Below the pieces are notes generated by a model. It was not told the DNA's origin, did no database searches, and saw only the letters and a program-made list of their open reading frames with translations. A stretch of 62,300 nt of DNA, the filler included, from Choristocarpus tenellus KU-1152 (lineage: Eukaryota; Protista; Phaeophyceae), in NCBI GenBank assembly GCA_964200185.2. It is 4 parts of 4 records of this genome, joined end to end, with 100 filler letters (N's around TTAATTAATTAA, not from the genome) between each part and the next. Parts side by side here need not be neighbours in the genome. Positions count along the whole stretch, not along the records: positions 1 to 6,853 come from CAXNAD020007214.1; positions 6,954 to 21,547 come from CAXNAD020001155.1; 2 more parts are not named here. One strand, 5' to 3'. A program made the position numbers and the translations under genes. The stretch's first letter is position 1; every line of letters starts with the position of its first letter. Below are positions 1-11,699 of this stretch, piece after piece.

Positions 1-108
1 GCGGGTTGTGATGTTGTTTGTTGTTCGTTTTTTGTTGTTTGTGGGGGGGGGGGGGGGGGGGGGGGGGTTGCATAGTCTCCTCATGAAATTGAGTTCTATA
101 CCAAATAC

Positions 109-520
109 CTTGAGCACCATCTGAAGCAGCTAGATGCAGGGCTGTATACCCTTTGGAAGATTGTAGGTTGACGCAACTCCGCTGAAGTCCATTCCTGTCC
201 CTGCCGATGTCGTTAGCACACAGGATTTCGACACATCGCTCCTGCCCATTCCACACAGCATAATGTAGAGCGCACAGACCAAAGCCCTGGGTGACATATG
301 TGGGTGAGTGGGTGTGGTTCAATAAATGCCTCAATGATGAGGTCGACAACAACCATCTACGAGGAGACAGGCGTTTGTTATATATGGATAAAAATCTCAA
401 TTGCATGTTGAATGTCTTCCTTACATCGACAGAGCATGGATTAGCTCCTTGCTCCAATAGGGCCTTGATACCCTCGCCGTCGCCAAAAATAGCTTTTCGT
501 CGAAGAAGATCGCCACTCAT
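109..520 (-). CDS. Ankyrin-repeat protein, first two exons (425-520, 109-286); 3' part outside window
   Basis: ATG at 520 (minus). Exon 1 MSGDLLRRKAIFGDGEGIKALLEQGANPCSVD|GTAAGG; exon 2 CAG|GFGLCALHYAVWNGQERCVEILC...VNLQSSKGYTALHLAASDGAQ|GT. ALHYAV and TALHLAA are ankyrin motifs; splice phases agree. Confidence 0.85.
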
Positions 521-652
521 CCATGTTTGAGGAACCCTTTGACAAAATACAAAATGCCCCAATTTTGTTCGGTTTCACGTGTTGGCGGTTTCACAAAATC
601 CCGGAATGTTGACAAACCATATTATGCGGTAGACAAGTAGGCCAGATATACG
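521..652. promoter_or_regulatory. Putative bidirectional promoter between ankyrin and Rab genes
   Basis: Only 132 bp between divergent ATGs (520 minus, 653 plus). CGGTTTCAC occurs twice (570-578, 586-594) and CACGTG lies at 576-581. Confidence 0.55.
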
Positions 653-3600
653 ATGGCGGCAAAAGACAACACCGATTCTGTGGTAAAAATCCTAGTGTTG
701 GGGGACACAGCGGTGGGTAAGACGAGTATTATCAAGAGGTAAAGGCCTCAGTGCAGTGAAGCCTGTCACAACACAGTACGAAAACAGGTTCACACCACAA
801 ATTGAATATGCCATGGGGTCTATTGTTACTTCTTTGAGGATTGTAACAAAACTCGATAACCCATAGGTCAAGTCTATATTTGTATCCCATGATGAGATTT
901 ATATGTCTACGTCCTAATTGGACCAGGCAGAAGAGCTCCGGACGTGCTCGTACTTACTACCCCTTACTCTTCAATTTATGTACGAAGTAGGTATGTGCAT
1001 GGCGACTTCTCGATGGAGCACGAACCAACAGTGGGGGTGGAGTTTTCAGTCAAAACTCTAACTGTGCAGGATGTAACAGTTCAGGTGCAGCTCTGGGATA
1101 TCGTAGGGCAGGAGCGAGCAACTAATGTCAGCAGGGTGAGTCCCCGTATGAGCGGTTTTGTGTGGTATCTCAGGTTAGGCGTGGATGGATGGGCAAGAAC
1201 CAATGAGCGCCGTCAGGTTCGAACTTAAGAGTCAAGCGAGGAGAATTGTTGTGGCATGAGTGCAAAGCTGCTCCAGATCTCTCTAAAGCAACAGTCCACA
1301 CTGGCACCTGCTCGGAAAATGGACCCTTTGCCGCCCGCCTCTATGGCAAGTAGGGAGCGGGATCAAACAAAATATTTTGTATTTACTTGAGTAGTAGGGG
1401 GCAGCATCTCTTTCTGTGAAGCCTGCCTTACACCAAAAGTCAAGTATGACAAAAACAAACAAACTGAAAGGAGACACTTAGATAAAGGTGTCTATTGCAT
1501 ACAAGTCCCAACTCTCTCCTCGGCATCTTCATTCGTGCGCAAATTTAGGCATTTGCTAAAGGAGCCCTAGGGGCGATCATCGTGTATGATATCTCACGAC
1601 CCCAGACCTTCGGTTCCATTGTCAAGGTGGGTCGCATTGAGATACCACAAATCAATCTTCTATTTTCATGCTTACCTTGTGGCCCGAGCAGCAAACACTA
1701 GGTCTTCTGGCACAACAGGGTTGCATGTGGGTATTGGGTATTGATGTTCTGCTTGTTATCAGCACAGGACCCACTTCATATGAGAAGTACAAAAAAGTGA
1801 AAAGGTGTAATGTAAATTCACCTTCAACAGGGATACCTTAAGTTCATCAGTCGTATGGCTATCTTGCGGACTCTCTGCAATCAGATTTCCAAATGTAGTC
1901 AATATTTTGAAACACAAGCAGAGTCCTTGATCTTCAACAGTTTTCAAATTGGTATATTTGAATGCTCAGAAGTAATAAACCCATGAAAGGTCCAACATCT
2001 AAAAATATAAAAGATCCAACAAACTCGTTGGGGATGCCACTCCTCTGCAACAGTGGAAAGCAGAACTGGATACCAAGGTGACTCTACCTGGTGAACATCC
2101 ACTGCCAGTTGTCCTACTTGGGAATAAGGTACATACAATGATTCTAGGCGGGAAAGACTTGACAGTCACTACCACTCATGCCTGCCATTACCTATGATAC
2201 CCTGTAGCACCTACTGTGATCATCACCACACAAGTACTGCTCTTTGTCGGTCTCTCCAGCAATAGAACATATAGTGTTCTGCACACAAAACACAGTTTGA
2301 AGGAACTTTTTCACCATCAGCCCAGGCATAAAGGTTTAAGTTAAGATGTTGTACCCTGTATTGACAGCCTGTTGTGTAGAGAGAGGAGTGGATAAAGGGT
2401 AAAATACTTTGGACTAGGTACAAAAAGATTTAAGGCCAAGTCCTAGTCTGTGTTAGCCATATGAAAACAAGAGAAGTCCATGATAACTATCATCACCATA
2501 AACTATTAGTGATCTCAGCCTTCAGTGGAAAAGATCATGGCTCAGGATCCATCCTCCATGCCCCCTTCCATCATTGACCTCTAGTACCCCATCTTCCCAC
2601 ACCATACACGTGGAAACGTGGTTTCCTTGACCTAACATCTATGTTGTTGCAACTATTAAAGGCGGATGCATTGCTGAACAGTCCCCCCACCCCCCAGATC
2701 CAAAGTGAGATTGAATCTTGCCTTTTCTAATTCTATTTTTCTTCGTATGACCCAACAGACTGATCTTGAGGTAGCTGAGGTTGATGTTGACTATGTGGAA
2801 CGCTTCATGGTCAAGAATGGTTTTGTTGCATGGTGAGAAAGAGAAAGGGAAGTCGTTAAAAGATGCAGTAGTAGAAACAAGGATTATATGTGGGGGGTGC
2901 ATGGACGTTTTCACCTGTCGCATGATTTCGCTTGAAGCAGATGATTTATCACACCCTACACATTCAACATGAGCGTATTGAAAGGACGTTTTTTCTTGGC
3001 TACAGTAAGAGAAAGGAGACACAGCCGTAACACAAATTTATGACGGGAATGACAAGCAGAGTGAGTGGCCAATGTTGCCTACCCACATTTCCTCGAGAAA
3101 TCTAACTTGGCGTCAACTGTGCTTGATTTTATGTTGTTCACATATGAAAAACATAATATTTTGATTCCACAATGCTAGCTCTTGAGTACTTATATTATGG
3201 TAAATACCATGAACACACAATATTGTGTTGTATTTGTATGTTTGAAGTCAAGCATTGTGTAGAAAAACGTGCTGAGTGACCTATTTTTTATATCTCTCAA
3301 GCGGATTGGGGCGTGGTAAGACTGATTCTTGAGAAATATATTTGATTTTGTCTGGAGTATTTGAGTCATAGTTTCTTATGTATGTTTTGGACTGGAGAGT
3401 TATGGGTCATTGAGTGAAAGTATCTTAGAGGGTACGAGTTTTGCCCTGTTTGTCCATTTGGGGCTTGGCTTCCCACAGGTATATTAGGACCTTTTTCTTA
3501 CTCCAAAATGCTTCGGAGTAGGAAAAATGTATACATTATGAAAAGGAGTGTCCAGAACAAGGATATGACATCTCCTAACGAACATGATCGCCAAAATTAC

Positions 3601-4608
3601 ATCAAAATTACAACATTGAATTTAGGCCCCCAAATGGACGCGGCTCTACCCTCTAAGATACTTTGACTCATTACGGGTGTTGCTTATATTTTGATGGTTT
3701 GGACTGGGATGTTACGGGAGCATGAGATATGCTGTGTACGTTTTGAAATCGAGCATTATGAACACATCATCATTATGAGAATTATGTTATCCAGCTGGGT
3801 GCGGTATCAATCAACACACATACCTCACTGCAAAGTGCAAATTGATAAAAAGAAAATTTAAGCTCTAATCAGTTGTGAACCTCAACGGGAGCAGGGACAA
3901 CCAACCATTATGTATCGTATATACGTGGAACAGGTGCTTATCTCTTGCTTTTTCCCTCTGTTGTATGATTAGTGATGATCTGCAAAAAAAGGATCTGCTG
4001 TTGGGTCACCCTTCTCTGAATAATATGGACATGAAGGAAAGTCAACTTTGATCGTCTGATCACCCTCTGCTTGAATAGCATGCTCAGTCACACTGTGCCT
4101 TACAAAGTTTCCACAAATGCCCCTGATCTAACCCATGGCCCAGGAGAGATGTGTCCGTGAAGGATGATAGTGATGTGGACTTTCAAAACTCAATGACACA
4201 ACTTCTAGAGAAAATTATTTGCCACAGCAACCACATCGGCAAGGGTATGAGGTGGGCTCAAGACAAACTCCCATCAGTGCAGCTTCCCCTCTCTTAAGAC
4301 ATACTAACCTTGGCCTTCAAAATGTGCTTACCCTTTCCCCCCAACAAGATAAGTTACGAGTTCCCAACTGCTTGACCCCATGATTGTAATAGTCGATGAG
4401 AGACCATCGATTTCCACTTACACTACTTGAGACAAGCAAAATTGTTGTTCTCAACAAGTGATTGCGCTCTCATCTCGATCTCATTATTTCCTTGTGGATA
4501 TTGAACTGGGAACAACTGTTGGAAAGACCCAATCAAGGGGTTAATGATCGCATCAAGCTTGAGAGTGGGGGCAATCACTCTAGCAAGGACCAAGGATGCT
4601 ACCGGTAG
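653..4608 (+). CDS. RAB32: Rab small GTPase, Rab32/Rab38/Rab7L1-like, divergent. Exons 653-738, 991-1135, 1549-1626, 2054-2128, 2759-2832, 4144-4251, tentative last exon 4527-4608
   Basis: Spliced translation: VKILVLGDTAVGKTSIIKR (P-loop), [60 protein letters not shown] (G4; WK..LD.KV.L is typical of the Rab32/38 clade), NGFVAWRDVSVK (G5). GT-AG introns with consistent phases. Last exon (ends DRIKL...GCYR*) is less certain. Confidence 0.85.
3412..3669. mobile_element. MITE family A copy in Rab intron
   Basis: TIRs GAGTGAAAGTATCTTAGAGGGTA / TACCCTCTAAGATACTTTGACTC; flanks share ATT; internal sequence similar to the other copies. Confidence 0.9.
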
Positions 4609-4837
4609 CAGCAGAAGAGTATGCTGCAAGGACCGGCTGCTGGCACTGGCAAGCTCCTCAGGTTTTCTACAGTATGAGTAAATAGACTGAAAGGAATGTA
4701 GTTCAGAACTAATGGGGTACTATGTGTGTATGTGTTGGTAATTCATGTGCATCTACAGAAGAATTTTAATTAAGTGCTACAATAGATGCCGTTTAGGGTT
4801 CTATTTTCCCCTGTTTGGTTGTCAAGAGATTGTGCTG

Positions 4838-4859
4838 GTGTGTGTGTGTGTGTGTGTGT
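4838..4859. repeat. (GT)n microsatellite
   Basis: About 11 GT units. Confidence 0.9.
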
Positions 4860-5569
4860 TTGCGTGTAATGTGCATGTGCTGCACAGCCCTTTGCTTATT
4901 CATGAGTGAAGTACCCAACAATTGCTTGCTGCCTCAATCCTGAAATTGGTGCAAGAGTCAGGAGTGCAAGGTGTACAAGTCAGTAGATCTGGGTGTTGGA
5001 TGAAGTCCGGAACATTGATCAGCATGGCAAGTGATATCTTGCTTGTCTGGTGGTGTCCAGTATTCCCATCCTCCCTCCAGTCTTAGTGCCTTGCATAGAG
5101 CGATCCATACGGATGATTCCCCCCTCACTACTAGTGTTGTTTGACTTGGAGGGCAGTTCAGCGCGTTTAACAAGGCCCCTCAGACATGAGTAAATACCTA
5201 CAAGAGTCGTTGGGGCCAACATAAAATTCCCTACTAAGGAGCGTTTGTCAACTACATTGTGTGTTTGTGGAAAATCATATTATCTGCGATCTAAACCACC
5301 TCTTCAACTCCCAGATTCAGGGATATTGAGCTGACATTGACTACTAACTGAGTGGCAGTTGTAGCGGGGAGGTGTAGATTTGAAGCCTCAGCAACTCCTG
5401 ACCTCCACCATATGCGGGACATTTCACATTTTAGGTGTATCTGAATTTCCTTCTGGCATATTTTGCACACAGGAAGATCACCGTATCAACATTGCATTAT
5501 TACTTTCGACAGCTAGGGAGGACAGTTCATCAGAAGACCTCAGGATGAGCGTTTGCAAGTAGGTCCCTT

Positions 5570-6400
5570 TCAGCAGACCAGCACCCGAGTCAAACCTGGA
5601 CCTGAATAATGTCCAGGTTCTTCTACTTTCCACAGCTTGTCGGCCTTCTTCGATCTCGATGCTGATTTGATGCCAGACCTCTGCCCTCGTCCTGACACCG
5701 ACTTTGGACGTAGCTCTTGTACTGATGTTAAATGAAGGGGATCCCAAGGGGACATTGTCATCATCTGTGGTCCCTGCTTTGCTTTGCCCACTGTCATGAT
5801 GGTTGAATGCCAGACATCTTTTTCTTGCAGTCTTTCTCCTTGCACCCCACCCCTTGGCTCTTCAAGTGTCAATTCACTTCTGTATTCTTCCAACCCAGAC
5901 TCTGTCTCAGATGCCATAGGTGCCTCCCTGTTCGTAACCCCGTCAGTAGAGATGGTAGATGGTGGTTCCACGGGAGATATCTCAATCTTAGATGCAATAT
6001 GAGAATCTGGAAGGTAGTCCTCACAATGTGGAGCGAGTGGAACTGTTTGTTGCTCTGGTGACTGATTTGATATCGCTGCAATATCCTTCAGTTCCTCGCC
6101 TCTACCAACGTCAAGGTCTCCTTCATAGGCGGTCTTTGTACTTTTGGTACCAGCTTCCTTTACCCATAACCCCCTCTCAGTTGAAGTGTGGTTTCTTTTC
6201 GATTCTTCGCTCCTCTTGATCCTGCCAAACTGAGGGTTCAGATCACCCCCAACTGCGGAAGTATATGTCACAGGCACCTTTACCCCCACTGCTGACTGGC
6301 GACCTCTTCCAGTGAGGCACTCTTTCTCTTGCACCTCTCCAGTATGCTCTCCCCTGGAGGAATTGCGATTTGCTTTTGAGCGTTTGGTTTTTTCCTTCTC
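5570..6400 (-). CDS. Probable terminal exon of an unknown, low-complexity Ser/Glu/Lys-rich protein
   Basis: Pyrimidine tract plus AAG acceptor at 6401-6403 in frame with the 254-aa ORF 5570-6334; no recognisable domain. Confidence 0.4.
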   Translation of the reverse strand, partial: EKEKTKRSKANRNSSRGEHTGEVQEKECLTGRGRQSAVGVKVPVTYTSAVGGDLNPQFGRIKRSEESKRNHTSTERGLWVKEAGTKSTKTAYEGDLDVGRGEELKDIAAISNQSPEQQTVPLAPHCEDYLPDSHIASKIEISPVEPPSTISTDGVTNREAPMASETESGLEEYRSELTLEEPRGGVQGERLQEKDVWHSTIMTVGKAKQGPQMMTMSPWDPLHLTSVQELRPKSVSGRGQRSGIKSASRSKKADKLWKVEEPGHYSGPGLTRVLVC

Positions 6401-6772
6401 CTTGTTGCCAAGTATGAACGAGGAAAAAAAGAGTGCAAGATTAGGTTGAAGGAAATGCCTAGTGTTGTCATTTGTAGTAATTGGACGTCATCGCTGTTAA
6501 TGTTCGCTCTGATCTAAGGTAAGGTAATCAAGGTCAAAAATCAAGGGTTTGGAACTGACTCGTGTTATATTTTCGTACTGTGTGCACTCTTCTGGAATTT
6601 TCTCACAGCCCCCCACGGTGTTCAGCACTTTGTGCCCCTCAAATTGATTCTAATTGAGCACATAACAAATTTATGCGACAATGCAATGTATACTCACTAA
6701 ACTTCCAACTCACAGGAGTAGAACTGCCCCAATCCTTGACGCTGAAGCACTTCAACTATGTGTAACTCTATT

Positions 6773-6999
6773 GAGTCAAGTTATCTTAGAGGGTAGAGCC
6801 GCGTCCGTTTGGGAACCAAAATCCAATGTTTCGATTTTGATGTAATTTTGGCTNNNNNNNNNNNNNNNNNNNNNNNNNNNNNNNNNNNNNNNNNNNNTTA
6901 ATTAATTAANNNNNNNNNNNNNNNNNNNNNNNNNNNNNNNNNNNNNNNNNNNNATGGACAAACAGGGAAAAAATCGTACCCTCTAAGATAGTTTCACTC
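6773..6999. mobile_element. MITE family A halves on either side of an assembly spacer (probably two different copies)
   Basis: GAGTCAAGTTATCTTAGAGGGTA at 6773 and TACCCTCTAAGATAGTTTCACTC ending 6999; flanks TATT vs TTTT do not match. Confidence 0.8.
6854..6953. other. Assembly spacer N44-TTAATTAATTAA-N44
   Basis: 100-bp linker with stop codons in all six frames. Confidence 0.97.
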
Positions 7000-7351
7000 T
7001 TTTGCCATGCTTTACCATACGACAAAAAGGATGGCAAAAGTTGCGGCTGTCCACATACCACCTTATTTCAAGCCAAACGCATCATGTCATTTTTGCAGTA
7101 CTTTTTCCTACGACAAAGTGTGGCAAAAGTTGCTGCAGTCCATACACCAACTTTTTTCAAGTCACGCGCCTCAAGTCATTTTTGCCATACTTTAACGTAC
7201 GACAAAGGATGGCAAAAGTTGCGGCTGTCCATATACCAACTTATTTCAAGTCACACGCATCATGTCATTTTTGCCGTACTTTGTCCTACGACAAAGTGTG
7301 GCGAAAGTTTGCGGCGGTCCATATACCAACGTTTTTCAAGCTACATGCCTC
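7000..7351. repeat. Tandem array of about 4 x 89-bp units, each starting with a ~38-nt hairpin
   Basis: Units start near 7000, 7091, 7180, 7269. Consensus TTTTGCCRTACTTT...TACGACAAAG..TGGCAAAAGTTGCGGCTGTCCATATACCAAC...CATGTCAT. Confidence 0.9.
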
Positions 7352-7673
7352 CAATCCATCGTCCTCGACTTTCTATGTATTGACCGATACCATATGAAAC
7401 GTTCAGTATCCCTTCCACCACAAAACCCATCCTACGCAATAGTTTACCGTTTGACATAATACGTCAATTATAGTACATACATACGCCAACATTATCTGGG
7501 GCGACACCCACCAAGCATTTGTCAACTGTTTCCCAAAAAAATCAGAGATCAAAACACACACTCTACTGTTCGATAAACTACCTCAATTCACTTCGTCCTA
7601 CATGCTTCATGGTATGTATTCATAAACTTTTTGATGTTGCTCACAAGTGACCGCATACGCGATGCACACCTTT

Positions 7674-7850
7674 GGCTCAAAGTATCTGGGAGGGGGTGGA
7701 AGCTGTCCATTTGGGATCAATTTTTTAATGTCGCGATTTGGGTGATTTGGTTGCGTACGTCGGGTGGATACTGTACATGCACTTCTACTGATTTTGGTGC
7801 AAATGGACACCCTCGTGTAGACCCCCCCCCCCTCCCAGATACTTTGGATC
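7674..7850. mobile_element. MITE family B copy (~177 bp)
   Basis: TIRs GGCTCAAAGTATCTGGGAGGGGG / CCCCCTCCCAGATACTTTGGATC; homologous to copies at 46500 and 57097. Confidence 0.85.
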
Positions 7851-9349
7851 TTTTCAGGATATTCTAATTGGGGCGGTTTCGGTTATCGATGTATCCAACG
7901 CACCCTTCTCTACGCTTTCAGCGTGGGGTGTCATCCAACACGGCCGTACTCCGTGGAACACTCGAGACCAAAAATTGTGCAAGCCCCTTCGCCCGAATAG
8001 AGTGGCAGTATTATCTACGTTTGCATCATCAAGATCGATCACTAATGTCAAAGGGATACAAACCCACCAACTCATATCGTAACCTCGTTTGAATCCCACT
8101 CAGGAAACGGGGGCTAAAGAGACTGCCCAAGACCAGTGCCGCTCGTTCGTAGAAGAAATCCCAAACGGACCAGATCATGGACCTCTTCCTCTCCATGTTT
8201 GTAAATCACGATGGTCCAGAAAATATAGAAGGAAGCAGGCCCCACTTGGAACGACCTTGCCTCTGGGATGTTGGACGAGAAAAAAAGATTTGCACCATTG
8301 GCGAGCGCGTTGCAAGTTGTACTGGCTCAGGAATAATGCGAGTCCATACCTGATCTCCAGGTCAAGACATTCTTAAAATGTGTAAAGAAAGATCTTAGCA
8401 CCGATCACACCCGCCAGGTACACAAATCCATCCTCGTCGACATCACTCCTGATGTTGAAATAGGTGATGACGAGGTGACATCAACGTTTCAACCCCTTCT
8501 ATCCGTCACTGAACGTCTTTGTCACTGAAGACTTCGAGGTGCTGAGTGCTAGCTTTGTTGATGGAGTGCCAACTATTCACATGTTACGGACGGACAAGGT
8601 GAGAAACGCTTCTTATTGCTTCTAAGAGAACAATGCCCCACACGAATGAATCCACGCTGTCCATGTACATACAGACGTCACACATCCCCTTACATCCCCT
8701 CTACCTCAAATATTTTCCTCCCATTAAGTCCAATCATGACATCCAAACCAGTGTCATTTTGTTCTCCTAATCTGCAACCGCCACTGACACCTTTCACATA
8801 ATATTTTACAAGTTACGTAGGGCAAATAAATGTATCCCATTCATTCATTTCGCTGCCTAAGTGTATCCTCTATCATACATAAAACTATCCGTTTCTCAAA
8901 AAGATCAAGAAACAACACCCCTATACAACCAAACAAGGCCATCACGCGCAAAAACATGCCAATAGTCCTACACACCAACACTGTCCCCGCAACGAACATA
9001 TTTATGGTGACACAGGACGCACAACCGGGTCCCCGCCGTGCAAATTTCCCTTGGGAGGTAATGCTATTTGTTAGTAGTGAAGATAAAAAGGTGTGAAGCC
9101 TCACACGACCCCCTTTGCTGAACGTGGTTACATGTTTGAAATTAGAAGAGTGACCTTTGTGGGGTGTCTTATCTATTTCAAAGTAGTGAAAGGGAATGAA
9201 TAATAAACAAATTCCATATATATTCCGGAAGCACTATCTCATTAGTTACATCACATGGATTCAATTCTACACAATAATCTCATATACACAAAATAAGGTA
9301 CACTCTGCTATCATCATCCCAGACTTCACAGACATCGACCACAACCACC

Positions 9350-10368
9350 TTGACACACATCATGATCCTGCCTGGCCAATATCCGAGGATCACCTCGGAA
9401 TCCAACCGGCAATCCTTCGGTGGGATACCTGCTCGCTTTTCTAGGCAACTCAGACTTGAGGACACATCCGACGCCAGGTTCGGTCGAGGAACCAGCTTCA
9501 TCCTACGCGCGAGTAGGGGGGCCGTCATACAGGGGAAAGTCAGCGATGTTCACGTAGATGGTTCAGGGGCGTACATTTACTCAGTGTACTATCTCCCGGA
9601 CGATGGCGAAAAATCTTTGCCCCCTCAACTCGGGTCGTACATGACAGAGGACGAGAACGAGGAGGGTGTCAGCCAACTTTGAGAGAGAAGAGAAAGAGGG
9701 ACAGTGATGAGGCTGCAGTCCTGTGTGTCAGACAACGCCGTCGGTCGATTGTTGACCACCAGCGGAAGTGTAGGGACATGGAGAAGGATGCATAGAAATG
9801 TATACTCCTTGAACCGACACTGAGTTATGTGCCAGATTTAGATGAGGAAGAAACACTCAATGCCAGAGCCAAGGGCAGGGGACTATACTTCAGATGGGAC
9901 GATCAGTGGATGCGAAGGACCGTGACCAAGTACCAGCCCCACTACACGGTGAAAGTTAGAGAGGAGCAAGTCAGCTACCCCTACGAGGTCAAATGGGAGA
10001 ATGGCGACTTGCGAAATATCCAGCTTCTTGTCCAACACTACAGTATTGACCAAGACCCTCCTACACGGGCCTGGTTCTGGACAACTCCTATACTGCCACC
10101 ATACTAACGAGAGACACGGCTTTGCGGAGCAACATAGGCCAATTTCTGTTCTTGAGTGACCCTCTACTTCGCCAGTCCGACACATGCCTCGACAGACATG
10201 TTATGATGGAGAGACCGGACGTTCTCTAAATCAACGGACTTACGCATTTGGTATATTGAATTTATTATCTTCCCGAAGAAGGCAATTGCTATGACTTTTG
10301 AGCAATTCGTCCGGACCGAAACGGACACCCCCTCACAAACCACCCCCCCCCCCCAGATACTTTGACCC
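9350..10368 (+). pseudogene. Degenerate coding relics (Tudor/SH3-like C-terminal module) followed by a TIR; probable end of a larger DNA transposon
   Basis: ORFs 9350-9682 and 9829-10107 are separated by stops and a frameshift. The second reads GRGLYFRWDDQWMRRTVTK...YEVKWENGDLRNIQL..Y...AW. TIR CTCACAAACCAC(C)nAGATACTTTGACCC ends at 10368 and matches the terminus at 62264. Confidence 0.45.
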
Positions 10369-10369
10369 A

Positions 10370-10870
10370 ACAGGTGCACAGTGGCTGGGTACCCCAAGCA
10401 TAATGTTGACATTTGACATGGTCGCACCTTCCCCAGGGCATGAGGACAAATATGCCAGTATACGCCAGTGGTGAACACCTAGGCCAACTCTGCAGGGGAA
10501 GGGGCATTCCTTGGACTGGACGATAGCAGCCAGATTACGGGTAGACTGAAACTTCTTCATGGATGTGGTGTTCCATGCTGTGGGACTCTAAGATCCTGGC
10601 TCAGCTCCCTGCCAAGACAAAGGCCTCCTTCTGGATGTTGCTTTTGGAGAAGTTGAAGCAACCGCTAAACTGCCCCACTCATCCACCAAGAATGGTGTAG
10701 CGCTGCTGGAGCTGGGTTGCAAAAGCGCACCCACTACGAGGGATATTTTGAGCCTTGCAGTTTTAATCCCAATACTTTCGTGGTGGAAAGTTTTGGGCAC
10801 CTTGGAAAGCAAGGAGAAAGCTTCTTGGATGAGCTGGCCACCCACACAGTAGGGGGAGAGGGGCGGGAGG
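10370..10870 (+). mobile_element. Non-LTR retrotransposon relic, restriction-like endonuclease domain (CRE/R2-type)
   Basis: Broken frame MDVVF...DKGLLLDVAF...QKRTHYEG...FVVESFGHLGKQGESFLDELATHTVGG, matching the D..D..K..Y..(V)ESFG.LG pattern of RLE domains; contains a stop and a frameshift. Confidence 0.7.
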
Positions 10871-10953
10871 ATGGATAACGTAAACGCACTTTTCCTGATT
10901 TTTGGCCCAAATGGACACCCTGGTGTAGACCCCCCCCCCACATACTTTGGGTT
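10871..10953. mobile_element. Truncated MITE family B (right end)
   Basis: CAAATGGACACCCTGGTGTAGA(C)nACATACTTTGGGTT, similar to the right ends at 7800-7850 and 57230-57274. Confidence 0.7.
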
Positions 10954-11165
10954 ACACAATTGAATTGTGGTGTCACTTTGTGTGTGGAAGGGGTAATAGC
11001 AAATTTGCATGCACTAGTGTGCACAGCAAGGCAATGAAATAGTGTATTGCACAAAGTCAGAAACATGGCCCAGAATGCAAAATTGTCCAAAACTACCTAC
11101 GTCTTGATTGGTTTGGTTTAAATATTGTACACGAGGAATTCTTTGCATTAACGACAACTGTTAAC

Positions 11166-11423
11166 GGCCCAAAGCATTTAAGAGGGTAGGGCCATGTCCG
11201 TTTGGGGTCATAAACCCAATGTTGCGATTTTGATGAATTTTGACTCTGGTGATTGTTAGCAAGTGTCAATATCTTTGCTACGGACACACCTTTCATAGTC
11301 TTACATATTTTAGATAACTGTCTTCACACAGAAACCCGGGAAAGGGCATAAAAAACCTGTGGGAAGTCAAGCCCTGAACAGACAAACAGGGTAAAGCTCC
11401 TACCCTCTGAAATGCTTTGGGTT
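11166..11423. mobile_element. Diverged MITE family A copy
   Basis: TIRs CCCAAAGCATTTAAGAGGGTAGG / CCTACCCTCTGAAATGCTTTGGG; internal GTGTCAATATC..CGGACACACCTTTCATA shared with family A. Confidence 0.8.
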
Positions 11424-11699
11424 AATTTTACGGGGGGGTCCTTGTGATAGAGGTTTGGTTTTTCCTTGACACATCTGCAAAATAACAGAGAGCACAATAA
11501 TATGTAATATAGATGCACCATAGTGTTGCATAAAAATTACTTTATCAACATACATATTTTTATCATCACCACACATATATTCCAGACCCACAATCGAAAA
11601 AGTAGTCGAAACAAACCAATAAACATACGGTTGAGAAAAGGCAAGACCCATAAAAGAAAATAAATATATAAATCCTTGCGAAGTATTCTGAGTTGTGAG

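Noticed and set aside
43-67. Poly-G run as a G-quadruplex element
   Set aside because: Simple homopolymer near the window edge; length unreliable and no functional evidence.
6898-6909. TTAATTAATTAA palindrome repeated three times in the window
   Set aside because: Always centred in 44+44 N, so it is an artificial linker.
7000-7351. CRISPR-like array of palindromic repeats
   Set aside because: The sequence between hairpins is also conserved, so there are no unique spacers; no cas genes; eukaryotic context.
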